Shown here: positions 43,504 to 53,440 of the stretch, one piece after another
How positions within the stretch are numbered: the stretch's first letter is position 1
How the letters are laid out: every line of letters begins with the position of its first letter
DNA from: Halobacteriovoraceae bacterium
GTDB taxonomy: Bacteria > Bdellovibrionota > Bacteriovoracia > Bacteriovoracales > Bacteriovoracaceae
DNA length: 64,000 nt
Reading direction: 5' to 3'
NCBI GenBank assembly: GCA_963719505.1
Contig: CAVRCF010000002.1
Coordinates: forward strand, 64,001-128,000
The notes under the pieces: generated by a model
Databases searched by the model: none
Seen by the model: only the letters and a program-made list of their open reading frames with translations
What the model was told of the DNA's origin: nothing
Translations under genes and position numbers: made by a program

Positions 43504-46500
43504 TTTTGAGTTGCTCCGCCTGAAGTTGCGCCACCTGTAGATCCAGATCCACCACTGGCCTGACCATCGACACAATAGACGTGATCATTCCATTTAAGAC
43601 CAGCATTGAAAGCACTTTCACCTGGTTGATCAGAAACATTATTTTCAATAAACCTTCTGGTCGTTTGAGTTGATTGAGTGTTTGCTGACTGATCGTAAGA
43701 GATAGGGAAGTCACCTAGTGCAAAACCAAAACTCGCATTTCCTGAACAACACATGCGAGAAGCAAGTTGAAGAACAATTTCTTTTTTTATGTAGCCGGTG
43801 AGGGGATCAATATCGGAATCACTAATAGGTTGACCATTTAAAGTTGCACCTTCACTTGAAACATACCTATTGGTGTAGACTGTGACATCGGTATTTCCAG
43901 GAAGACAACATCTCGGTCCACCAGATCCTGTTGTTGTGAATTGACCAGTACAGCACTGCTCATTTGTCGTTCCAACGTCTGCAGGACCTGCAGGCTTACA
44001 ACAATTAAATTTATTTTCAGAAAAGACTCTTTTCATCTTTCCAACACCAACTTCAAAATTTTCAGCATTAGCTGCAGAGTAGTACTCAACTTGATCATAG
44101 GTTGAGTCGGCAAAGCCACTAATCCCATTGGGTTTAATTGTTCCAGGGATAACAATTGATTGAGGTGCGACCACTGATGGGGCTTCTTGTTGATCATCAA
44201 CTGGACTATAGATATCAATATTCGATGTATCTGATGATCCACTGAGAGTTTCGTTTGTTTCTATTAGAACTTGAGGAATACCTAAAAGCTCAAATTTTCC
44301 TAACCACTTAAGCATCTTTGTTTCGTAGTTAGATCCTTCAGCAATATTTCTTCTCTCACATGCAGGGGTTCCGATTGAGTCAACATCACATAAGAATGGA
44401 GTTTCCCCGTAGTCGTAACCCGTTACTTGTGGAAACCAATTGAGAAATTTAAAACCAGTATAGTCATAGGTTTGTCCCGATGTTCCAGAGAATTTATGGC
44501 CTCCATTATTTCCATTTGAGCCTTCAGCAAATTCTCTTACCCATGCACCGGTGCAACACATTTTTGAGTTGTTAAGGTGAAGGGTATTGTACTGCTTAAG
44601 CATGGAGGCAAGGTAGTTCTTTTTAGTCGCTACGGTACTTGTCACTCGAGCAGCCTTAGTGAGGGCTGGGTATCTAGCTGGTTCTCTTTTTTGTTTTGCA
44701 TAAGTTGTATGCACTCTTGAGTATCTCTCGTTGCTATCAATCTCTAAGTTGACTCCCGCAATCGCTGGCTCTCCCAGACTAATCTCAGCTTTAAATGTAG
44801 CATCAAGGTGGGGCTCAGAGTAAAAACTTAAAGTCTTACCTGTTTCTCTACAACATCTATTGAGACTTGTATCATATGTAGGGTTTGGAATGAGTGAGTT
44901 AGGCTGATACCTTTCTCCACCGTTTCCACAAACAAGTTCTTCTTTCCAAAATTCCGCTTCAGCAGCATTTATTTGACCGAGGTAATTAGAAAGGGTTTTA
45001 AATTTTCCAGCAATAAAATTACTAGGAGCACAATCAAGGTCAGTAAAACAACTAGCACCCGGAGCTCTTAGGCATGAGTTCTTATGGAACCCTTTTTTAG
45101 TCACGAGAGCTTCTTGATCATTAAAATACTCAAGAGAATCGAGTACGGGAAGGTCCAAGATATTAGAAGAAATATTTTGCGAAATCGCAAAAGAATTATG
45201 ATTAATATTGTTAAGGTCTAAGTCTGAAAGTGTAGTATAAAGTCCATCTTCATCTGTCGCTGGACAAGCGGCTAGGTAGTTCTCGTTGAAGGATATCGAT
45301 TGAGGATATGTTCTCCCTATGTTGAGAATTTTATCAGCTTCAGGGGTCGTATTGATCGCTGTATTTAAATCAATTGTTGTGGTTGCAAGCTCTGGTGCTT
45401 TCCCAGGAATACACATAGCATTGACATTGATTTCTGCAAGGTGGCTTTGAACACCTGCTGGAGCGGGTCTGTCTCCATAAAAATTGTATGGGCGACCGAG
45501 AATTCTCGTTCCAAGTCCAAGAATATCGGTGTCATCTGTAATATAAGTTTTATTATTTTGATTTGCCGCAGTTATTCCATAACGACCAATTCGATCATTA
45601 AACTTACTTTGTTCAAGGCTTGCACAGTGAGTATTTGCTGAACATCCATTGAGACCAATAACATTATTTAGTCCAAATGATTCTGATGCATCGATTGATG
45701 AGAGGTTCTCTGTACAAGCAGATCCTCTTCCTCTGTAGACACACCTTCTTGATTGACCGTTACTGCCACCAACAATGCTTAAAAGGTTTAAAGTGGTTGA
45801 GCCGCTAATCTCATTTCCATTGGCATCGAAGATTGGCCATGGAGTACTGAGGTTTCCAACATTTTGACAAGTGTATTCGTAGCCTAAGTTGGTAATACAG
45901 TCGTTATCATCGCTACAAAAGTGAGCTTGCTGGCATTCTGCCCCATCTGAGTCTGTATCGTGAGTGACAGCAGATCCAGAGTTTATCACTGAAGAAGTTT
46001 CCGAAACGACGATTTTAAAGGTATTATTCGTTGTGAGGTCGCCGTAGTATCCATTAATCGCGAGGTAGAGCTTGTTCGAAGTGGCTTGAATTCTTCTTTG
46101 GTTTCCTATTGAGAACCACTTAACACCGTCAAATGATCCAATCAAAGAGCCGTAGTCGAAACCATACCAGTCTTTATTATAGCCGTTAGCGAACATAAAG
46201 TGCTGAGCTTTTAATCTGTTTCTTCTTTGAGTGGTTACACTTTCATTGGAGTCGTGGGTCCACGGAATCATTGTTGGTGGAACAAAACACGCTCGACCAA
46301 ATTTTTGATCATCAGCATTGTACTTTCCATTGTTGAGTTCTCTGCTTGATTCTACAAAATTGGGTGAATAACCTCCACCTTTAGTGGCAAAGTTATCTGG
46401 AAATATTTTTTGAAGATTAGAGTAGTAGTCTTTTCCACAGTTGATACAACTTGAGAAAACACCTTCATCAGCAAAGATGTCATATTGTCTTCCACGAGTC

Positions 46501-48554
46501 ACATCAACTTTCGTTGCTGGCAGTGGACTTTTTACTGATTGATTAAACGAGCCAAGAATTTCATTGAACCCTAGGTAAGATGAATTATTTGGACGGCTTG
46601 GATCATCATTCGTATACGCAAACTTGGTACAGTTTGATTCATCACCAGCCCCTTGTGCACATTCTTGAGAATTTTCAGATCCTATATCTTCCACATCATA
46701 GTTGACACCGTTGGCATCGTAGAACTTATGCGCCACAGTTTTTGAGGACATAAAAAGTGTCTTTTGAAGGGGAGCATTACTTTGAGTTGGTGGATATAGG
46801 CATGCGTATGAGACGATCTCACTTTCACCGTTAACCTCTGCGTATTCGGGTTTTAGATTACAAGTTATTCCCTCTCCACAAGCACAGTGCTCATCGACAG
46901 CAGCCTGAACCTCGCTTCTTGAAAGAATAAGAGAGTCGACAAATGACTGATTACTAACAAAGTAGGTGATAGAGATTTGTTGATTATTAAAAATAGTATA
47001 TTGAGGATTAAAATTAACTTGGTTTCCTGTAACACTCCAAGTATCGGCTCCCGGTGCGACTTGAACACCACCAACTTGAACAATCACATTAAAACCAGTA
47101 TTCGCGTAACTTGGAATAAGAAAGTTTTGTGAAGTCGGATGATCGCTAGAGCGAGGTGGATTAGAGATTTGTCCCTGCTTGTAATACTTTGTACAGCGAG
47201 CAAGACTATTTCCTAGTTGTTCACAAGTACCATCAATTCTATAACGAATCTTTAATGTATCGTTTACAGGGTTAGTTGGAGGGGACATTTTGAAAAGAAC
47301 TGATTGACCATTTCCTCCCAGATTATCATTTGTAGTCCCAAGAACTCCATTAGCTGGATCAAGAGCAATAGCAGTATCCGTTTCAAATATTTTTTCTTTG
47401 TATATTTCAATACTAGCGTAACTTAAACCCGTTATATTGTTGTAGGTGAGAGCATCATTTAAACTTTGAAAGGTTAAATCATCTGGACGAGCGTAAAAGG
47501 TAAATTCTCCTGTTGGCGCTACTTTTTGCGAGACAAGATATTCATTCTTGGTACAGATCGAAAATTCATCAATAATAGGATTGAGACAATTATAGTATTC
47601 TTGTAATTCTATAAAAAGGTCATTTGCTTGCTGAACGGGATCGTCATTTGGGTCGACGGGATTATTATCCGGATTTGTCGGCACGAGATTTGGACAAATA
47701 TAAAAATATTCTTGAAAGTTTACGATCAACTCTGGGCGAGCAAGGATCTGACTAAGAGCACTTTGATACTCTGGAGTCGATTGGTTGACTCCTTCTTTTG
47801 CTTCACCGTGATTAATACACTGACCTGATAGACAGCAGTTAAAGCCCAAAGCCACGCAGCCACTATCATTGGAACAAAATTGTGAATCGCCACCACCAGA
47901 ATTTCCAAGAGCTGGTATAACACCAAGTTTTAAATGAGTGAGGCTTACTTCCGAAATATTTGTACCATTGGAATCAAAAAGCTGAAGTCCACCACTGGTA
48001 GTATTAGAAAGACAATTAGGGCACAGATCTGAAAGTGAGTACGCTGTACTATTTGTACCGAAATTTGTGAGAAGCCTATTTTGAAGGTTCACAGTTAAAC
48101 AGTCGCTAACGTTTGCACTTTGATTGGCAACCTCGACTTGAAGAAAATACTCTCTTGCTTGTATTTCTGTATTATAAAAGTTTCTCACCCTCGCGGCTAA
48201 AACTAAAATTTCTTTTGCATTTGTTGTCGAATTCGCTGGATACTTCCCAACCAAACAGTATTTCTTAGGAGGTCCTCCCACAAGACTTGAGAGATGAAAG
48301 TTTATTTCATTACCTCGAAGAATAAAGCTATCGATATAGTCTGCAAAAAGATTGAGTTGATTTAATTCTTTAGATGTCCCAAGTTGTAAAAAGTTTTTTG
48401 ATTCAGGTAAGCTATTTGTGGGGACTTCAGAATCTGTGTTATCTCCAGAATTTGTCGCATTACTATCAACTCTTTGAGCAGGTGCCGTCGTCCCAGGAAT
48501 ACAACTGGTTAAAAACATACTCATTAATAGCATTGAGACAATAATCTTCATCAC
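43500..48554 (-). CDS. Giant Cys-rich lipoprotein (1684 aa)
   Basis: Lipobox FLTSC; repeated C-x-x-D-x-x-C and CC modules. Confidence 0.85.
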   Translation of the reverse strand: MMKIIVSMLLMSMFLTSCIPGTTAPAQRVDSNATNSGDNTDSEVPTNSLPESKNFLQLGTSKELNQLNLFADYIDSFILRGNEINFHLSSLVGGPPKKYCLVGKYPANSTTNAKEILVLAARVRNFYNTEIQAREYFLQVEVANQSANVSDCLTVNLQNRLLTNFGTNSTAYSLSDLCPNCLSNTTSGGLQLFDSNGTNISEVSLTHLKLGVIPALGNSGGGDSQFCSNDSGCVALGFNCCLSGQCINHGEAKEGVNQSTPEYQSALSQILARPELIVNFQEYFYICPNLVPTNPDNNPVDPNDDPVQQANDLFIELQEYYNCLNPIIDEFSICTKNEYLVSQKVAPTGEFTFYARPDDLTFQSLNDALTYNNITGLSYASIEIYKEKIFETDTAIALDPANGVLGTTNDNLGGNGQSVLFKMSPPTNPVNDTLKIRYRIDGTCEQLGNSLARCTKYYKQGQISNPPRSSDHPTSQNFLIPSYANTGFNVIVQVGGVQVAPGADTWSVTGNQVNFNPQYTIFNNQQISITYFVSNQSFVDSLILSRSEVQAAVDEHCACGEGITCNLKPEYAEVNGESEIVSYACLYPPTQSNAPLQKTLFMSSKTVAHKFYDANGVNYDVEDIGSENSQECAQGAGDESNCTKFAYTNDDPSRPNNSSYLGFNEILGSFNQSVKSPLPATKVDVTRGRQYDIFADEGVFSSCINCGKDYYSNLQKIFPDNFATKGGGYSPNFVESSRELNNGKYNADDQKFGRACFVPPTMIPWTHDSNESVTTQRRNRLKAQHFMFANGYNKDWYGFDYGSLIGSFDGVKWFSIGNQRRIQATSNKLYLAINGYYGDLTTNNTFKIVVSETSSVINSGSAVTHDTDSDGAECQQAHFCSDDNDCITNLGYEYTCQNVGNLSTPWPIFDANGNEISGSTTLNLLSIVGGSNGQSRRCVYRGRGSACTENLSSIDASESFGLNNVIGLNGCSANTHCASLEQSKFNDRIGRYGITAANQNNKTYITDDTDILGLGTRILGRPYNFYGDRPAPAGVQSHLAEINVNAMCIPGKAPELATTTIDLNTAINTTPEADKILNIGRTYPQSISFNENYLAACPATDEDGLYTTLSDLDLNNINHNSFAISQNISSNILDLPVLDSLEYFNDQEALVTKKGFHKNSCLRAPGASCFTDLDCAPSNFIAGKFKTLSNYLGQINAAEAEFWKEELVCGNGGERYQPNSLIPNPTYDTSLNRCCRETGKTLSFYSEPHLDATFKAEISLGEPAIAGVNLEIDSNERYSRVHTTYAKQKREPARYPALTKAARVTSTVATKKNYLASMLKQYNTLHLNNSKMCCTGAWVREFAEGSNGNNGGHKFSGTSGQTYDYTGFKFLNWFPQVTGYDYGETPFLCDVDSIGTPACERRNIAEGSNYETKMLKWLGKFELLGIPQVLIETNETLSGSSDTSNIDIYSPVDDQQEAPSVVAPQSIVIPGTIKPNGISGFADSTYDQVEYYSAANAENFEVGVGKMKRVFSENKFNCCKPAGPADVGTTNEQCCTGQFTTTGSGGPRCCLPGNTDVTVYTNRYVSSEGATLNGQPISDSDIDPLTGYIKKEIVLQLASRMCCSGNASFGFALGDFPISYDQSANTQSTQTTRRFIENNVSDQPGESAFNAGLKWNDHVYCVDGQASGGSGSTGGATSGGATQN

Positions 48555-48558
48555 TTCC

Positions 48559-48585
48559 TTATCGATAAAATCATCTACATTCTTG
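48559..48585 (-). promoter_or_regulatory. Sigma-28 (FliA)-like promoter
   Basis: CAAG-N15-ATCGATAA ending 7 nt before the ATG at 48551. Confidence 0.55.
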
Positions 48586-48723
48586 ATATTATTATCTCAC
48601 GTCGGAGTAATGAACTCAGATAAGACTCTTAAGGTATTGATTCCTTTAGAAATCGAGCAAAGAGTGAGGGATATTATTGCCCATTTTGTAGGTCAGAGGG
48701 CCGTTTTAAGTTAAAATAGGGTC

Positions 48724-48969
48724 ATGAAAATACTAATCTTATTGTCCCTTATGTCCGTTTCCCTTTTTGCCCAAACAAAGGCAGACCTCAATAAAATGCT
48801 TGAGCAGATGAAGTCTCAAGGTGTTTTTACTGAGGAGCAGATTGATGCCGCAAGAGCTCAACTTCAAAACATGAATCAACAAGACATGGATAAACTTATT
48901 GAAGCGGGAAAAGCTCAGATGAATAATCCTGAGATTCAAAAAAAATTAAAAGAAGTTCAAAAAAACTAA
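48724..48969 (+). CDS. Small secreted helical protein
   Basis: Signal peptide ending LFA-Q; Gln/Met/Lys-rich helices. Confidence 0.75.
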   Translation: MKILILLSLMSVSLFAQTKADLNKMLEQMKSQGVFTEEQIDAARAQLQNMNQQDMDKLIEAGKAQMNNPEIQKKLKEVQKN

Positions 48970-51206
48970 TTTTGCTCAAAGTTTAATGTGACATTATTGT
49001 TTTGGGCATCTAAGTTCCAAGTTGGAGAGTTATAAAAGAAGCCTGATGTAATATCTGCGACATTATCAAATCTTTTAACTTCAGTAGGTCCAAACCCAAA
49101 GAGCGAGTTGTCATCTAAATTAGGGTGAATAATTGCTATCTTTTCAAAGAAAGTATTGGTGTCTGTGATGATATTCCCTAAAGTTAAATTACTAGAAGCA
49201 TTTGATAAGCTTGGAACCATATAATAGTCAGCTTGTAATTTTTTTGGCTCAATCGATTGCACATCAGCTAAAAAACCATCGACTTCTAGAACTGTATTAT
49301 CAAAGCTTGCTGACCCTATAAGTGAATAAAAAACATAATCATTTATTAAAAAATCGGCGAGAGGGGGGTTGGATGTTTTTACCAATGAGTCTCTGACTGT
49401 AAGGAGCTTACCTTGTGAGAGACTTCCCACTAGACCACCAAAAGCTTGCTGGTAGTTAGTTGTCTCATTTAACTTTCTAATATTGACGTAAACTCTCTCG
49501 AGAGTAGGACCTTCATTGGTGGATGAGCCAACCTTTCCGATAAGCCCTCCGGAAGAGATAGAAGGACTGCTGCCTAGGTCTTCAAGAATAAGGTCTCCTT
49601 GAAAAGAAGAGTCTTGAATGAGAACCTGGTCTGAGACAAATCCAATTAAGCCACCAATCGATAGTGCAACTGTCGGCACGGCTGAACCTCTAGTGTCTAT
49701 GGTTGCTTTAGAGTGTACATTTTTAAGGACTAAACCTTCTGCTGCTAAACTTAGGTTGGTTGCTATACCAATAAGCCCTCCCGCTGTATAGCCAGCATCA
49801 GAGGCTAGAGAAGATTGCTCCCTTATTGTTGAAGTTTCATTTACTTTTATGTTTTCAATTTCAAGCTTAGAGCTGCCTTCTGCTTTTACTTCTTTTGCTA
49901 GTGCACCATAGGCTGTGTCGTCGTAAATCTCAATGGTAGAATCCACGATGAAAATATCAGATATGGCAGATGGAACTGTATCATTAATAGATTTAATCTT
50001 TTGAAATAAAGGGTTTGTAGCACCTTGAATGCTATGTCCATCACCTCTAAAACTTCCAAGAAAATCTGGGACAGCTATTGTATCAAAGCCAATATCTAAA
50101 AGATCAACGCCCAAGAAATATGTCGCTTTATTTTTATCATCGATAACATTAATTTGAACTAGTTGCGATTTGTGGCAAATAAGATATTTACTATCTGAAG
50201 CCGGATTACCTGGAGTTGAGTGTTGAGCTAAGGAAAATCCCTCAAAGATCGTCGTGCTCCCACCAACATTTGGATCAGCCTCTGGGTTAGTACAACCTGG
50301 CTCATGTAAAAAGGCTTCTAGCTGGAGATCCGAATCACTTTGAGCATCTGTATTTTGGTTATTGTCATTGTGAACATAAGCATTTAGCCCTGTATCTCTT
50401 TGATAGAAACCATTGATAAAAGTATAGGTAAGTTTATCGCCAGAGCAGTTGGGGTCGTTATAAAAAGACTCTATTTGATAAGATATAGGAAGTGCTCCCG
50501 ATCCTCTAGGGAGTCTTATTTGTGAATTGGCAGCTTTTAACTGTATTTTACTGATACAGCCCGATGAAATAGGAAAACTAAAAGACCCATTTAAGTTTTT
50601 TCCAAACATTGAAATCTTGAAGTACTGATGGGTCCCATCAAGATATCTTTCAGATCCAAATTCAGGCACTGGTGTACCGCCCCCAGTTTTTCCACAGCCT
50701 TTGTCTTCTGGTGAATTTCCGTTTGCGAAGGAGTTTAAAGAGTTTTTAATATCGATACAAGAGTTAACGATGAACTGCTTAAATCCATTGGTTGGATCAG
50801 CGGCATTTGCACCACCAAATACAGCATGTCCACATTTTTGCGACGTCGCAGAAAACTGTAGATTTATCTCTCCACCGGAGAGGACGAGGTTCGGTTTAAC
50901 ATCACAAAAAGCTTTGCCAGTGAAGTTTGTAGGTGCTGCGGGATCACCTTCCCAGCCCATCGCTGCAAAATCCCATGTTCCATTATCTAGCTCTATAGAG
51001 ATACCATTTTGTCCAACTTCTCTAAAAAAGGTTTGTTGGGTCTGAGTATTTTTACCCATTAAAACTAATGATCCAGCAAACTCAGCGTTAAGCGCCTGTG
51101 CAAGTCTGACTGACACTTTCGCACTCGTTTTAGACTCTTGGGCACAAGAGAAGAAAAACACAAAAGTTAAAGGTAGAAGTATATATTTCATTTTTATCCT
51201 TATCAT
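48966..51206 (-). CDS. Lipoprotein with GLUG-like (GGL[IV]G) repeats
   Basis: Lipobox FFSC; GGLIG three times, GGLVG once. Confidence 0.75.
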   Translation of the reverse strand: MIRIKMKYILLPLTFVFFFSCAQESKTSAKVSVRLAQALNAEFAGSLVLMGKNTQTQQTFFREVGQNGISIELDNGTWDFAAMGWEGDPAAPTNFTGKAFCDVKPNLVLSGGEINLQFSATSQKCGHAVFGGANAADPTNGFKQFIVNSCIDIKNSLNSFANGNSPEDKGCGKTGGGTPVPEFGSERYLDGTHQYFKISMFGKNLNGSFSFPISSGCISKIQLKAANSQIRLPRGSGALPISYQIESFYNDPNCSGDKLTYTFINGFYQRDTGLNAYVHNDNNQNTDAQSDSDLQLEAFLHEPGCTNPEADPNVGGSTTIFEGFSLAQHSTPGNPASDSKYLICHKSQLVQINVIDDKNKATYFLGVDLLDIGFDTIAVPDFLGSFRGDGHSIQGATNPLFQKIKSINDTVPSAISDIFIVDSTIEIYDDTAYGALAKEVKAEGSSKLEIENIKVNETSTIREQSSLASDAGYTAGGLIGIATNLSLAAEGLVLKNVHSKATIDTRGSAVPTVALSIGGLIGFVSDQVLIQDSSFQGDLILEDLGSSPSISSGGLIGKVGSSTNEGPTLERVYVNIRKLNETTNYQQAFGGLVGSLSQGKLLTVRDSLVKTSNPPLADFLINDYVFYSLIGSASFDNTVLEVDGFLADVQSIEPKKLQADYYMVPSLSNASSNLTLGNIITDTNTFFEKIAIIHPNLDDNSLFGFGPTEVKRFDNVADITSGFFYNSPTWNLDAQNNNVTLNFEQN

Positions 51207-51214
51207 TGAGTCTT

Positions 51215-51242
51215 CTATCGGATCAAAAGAGTTGTTTCATTA
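51215..51242 (-). promoter_or_regulatory. Sigma-28 (FliA)-like promoter
   Basis: TAAT-N16-TCCGATAG upstream of 51206. Confidence 0.5.
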
Positions 51243-51393
51243 GTGATTATAAAGGGCTGAAAGAGAAAGAGAGCTTAAGTCCTTAATATGTCATATAGAC
51301 CCATTTGAAAGACTCCTCAACTGCCATCTTTTATTATCATACAGGGTCTTTGATTTATTTAAGTTATTGATTTTAAAAAAACGATAAGATCTT

Positions 51394-52143
51394 ATGAATT
51401 CTAAAAATAAATGGGCACTCTCAGTCTGCAATGTAGAAGAGAGTCAAGAAATTGCAATCAGTATTTTGAAGGAGCAAGGCTATCGAGTCATAAGATCTCC
51501 AAATATTATCGATGCCCATTTAAAGCTATCGAATCAAGACTTCGGCTTTTTTCTTTTGGATTTAGACTCTGTAGGTCTTGGTGCCCGCGATTTTGTCTCT
51601 TATGTCAGAAAAAAAGAGGCTAAAAAAAATATGAAAGACAAGGCTTCTATTCTTGTTACGGGGTCTGTTGCAAGTGTTTTTAATCGCCACTTTATGCATT
51701 TTGATAATGTGAAATTTTTCGAGCTTCCGTTAAAAACTGAAGCTCTTACTAAAAAAGTCCAAAGCTTTTTTAATAAAGCTGATAAAGCGACGGATAACAC
51801 CAAAAAAATAAAAGCCGGAGAGACACTTATTTTAGAAGGTGGACAGGGACATGAAATGTTTTGGATACTGGATGGAGCTTTTGATATTGTAAAAAAGAAT
51901 GTTGATGGAGTTGAAGTTGTCTTAGGCGAAGCCAATACAGGGGAACTTGTGGGGGAGATGAGCTTTCTCGATAACCTTCCTCGAAGTGCAACGATACGGG
52001 CGAAATGCGACAGTGAGGTGATGATTATTCCCCAGTCTAATTTCGCTGCCGTTCTTGATGGTCAACCTCGCTGGTTTCGCTCTTTAATGAAAACACTTTC
52101 TCAAAGATTAAGAGAAGCAAACAAAAAGATTTCAGATTCTTAG
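51394..52143 (+). CDS. Receiver-like domain fused to a cyclic-nucleotide-binding domain
   Basis: FFLLDLD and LVTG receiver-like elements; GELVGEMSFLDNLPRSATIRA cNMP cassette. Confidence 0.8.
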   Translation: MNSKNKWALSVCNVEESQEIAISILKEQGYRVIRSPNIIDAHLKLSNQDFGFFLLDLDSVGLGARDFVSYVRKKEAKKNMKDKASILVTGSVASVFNRHFMHFDNVKFFELPLKTEALTKKVQSFFNKADKATDNTKKIKAGETLILEGGQGHEMFWILDGAFDIVKKNVDGVEVVLGEANTGELVGEMSFLDNLPRSATIRAKCDSEVMIIPQSNFAAVLDGQPRWFRSLMKTLSQRLREANKKISDS

Positions 52144-53366
52144 AATTCTCTTATAAGATCGAGAAGTTTAAATAAAGCAGCTTGTGAAAACCTAAATTTT
52201 AAATCTTCTCTATTTCCAACAAAATTAAATATTTTCGATCCGCTGTCTTTTTTTGATGCGAATCCTATTCCAACTGTACCAACGGGTTTCTCTGGACTTC
52301 CTCCGCCTGGGCCTGCAATCCCGGTCGTCGCGACGGTGATGTCGACACCCATTTTATCCTTTGCACCGATGGCCATCTCTTTTGCCGTCTGAGTGCTTAC
52401 AGCACCAAAGGTTTTTAAAGTTTCCGAGTTGACATCGATGAGGCTCTCTTTCACTTCATTGGCATAGCTTACAACTGAGCCCCAAAAGACTTCAGAGCAT
52501 CCAGAAATATCTGTGATCCGACTAGCACATAGACCACCAGTACAAGATTCAGCAAAACCGAAAGTTACTTTTTTTGCTCGCGCCTCTGAGACAATAAGTT
52601 CCTCTAAAGACTGTGGACCTACATGCCATATATTTTCTTTAATATTTGAATTTGTGACAAGGCCTATAACCTCTTGTCGTTTCTCGCTATCAAATAAAAC
52701 GATACCAATATCGACACCTAAGGGATTTGGCAACGAACTAACTTCGCCGTATTCTTCCAATTTTTCCCACAGACCAGGACAAACTTCGTTAAAAATTTTA
52801 GCCTCTGGCATGTATCGAGTTTTTATGATGACTTGTTTCTCTTTACTTTCTGATGGGGGAAGTTTCTCTTTTAACGACTGATTAATGATCGATTTGAATT
52901 CACTTGGAACTCCCGGGGTTGCCAGAAGAAGTTTATCTTTTTGAAAAGAATGTAAAAGTCCTGGAGCATAACCAGTGGGATTTAAGAGAGCTTCAAAGTC
53001 TTTTGGTATATTTTGATAATCACTTTTATCTGCTTCAAAGGATCTTCCTTTATCTGAATATTGCTTTTGCACAATACTAAGAGCTTGGGAGGAGAACTGA
53101 ACGTCTTTGTTGAAAAAAGAGGAGAGCATTTTTTTTGTAAGGTCATCTTTAGTTGGACCCAGGCCTCCGCTGGTGACAATGAGATCACTTCTTTTGATGG
53201 CCAAGCTTAGAATATTATTAAAATGTTCTTCATTGTCTTGAATAATGGAAACAAATCGCAGGTTTATGCCTTGATCTTTACAAAAAGTGGCAAATTCCTT
53301 GGAATTTTTGTCACTAATTTTGCCATTGAGCAGTTCGTTTCCAATAATAATTAATTCTGCGTTCAT
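52140..53366 (-). CDS. cinA: CinA family protein (MoCF-like domain plus NMN deamidase)
   Basis: IGNELLNG, GGLGPTKDDLT, AESCTGG, TGIAGPGGG. Confidence 0.93.
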   Translation of the reverse strand: MNAELIIIGNELLNGKISDKNSKEFATFCKDQGINLRFVSIIQDNEEHFNNILSLAIKRSDLIVTSGGLGPTKDDLTKKMLSSFFNKDVQFSSQALSIVQKQYSDKGRSFEADKSDYQNIPKDFEALLNPTGYAPGLLHSFQKDKLLLATPGVPSEFKSIINQSLKEKLPPSESKEKQVIIKTRYMPEAKIFNEVCPGLWEKLEEYGEVSSLPNPLGVDIGIVLFDSEKRQEVIGLVTNSNIKENIWHVGPQSLEELIVSEARAKKVTFGFAESCTGGLCASRITDISGCSEVFWGSVVSYANEVKESLIDVNSETLKTFGAVSTQTAKEMAIGAKDKMGVDITVATTGIAGPGGGSPEKPVGTVGIGFASKKDSGSKIFNFVGNREDLKFRFSQAALFKLLDLIREF

Positions 53367-53403
53367 CGTAACCTTTGTAATATTTTCAATCGCTTAAGAT
53401 GGA

Positions 53404-53432
53404 TTGACTATCGAGATCGCTCTTATTATAAC
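53404..53432 (+). promoter_or_regulatory. Sigma-70-like promoter
   Basis: TTGACT-N17-TATAAC, 8 nt before ATG 53441. Confidence 0.65.
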
Positions 53433-53440
53433 TCAAACTT

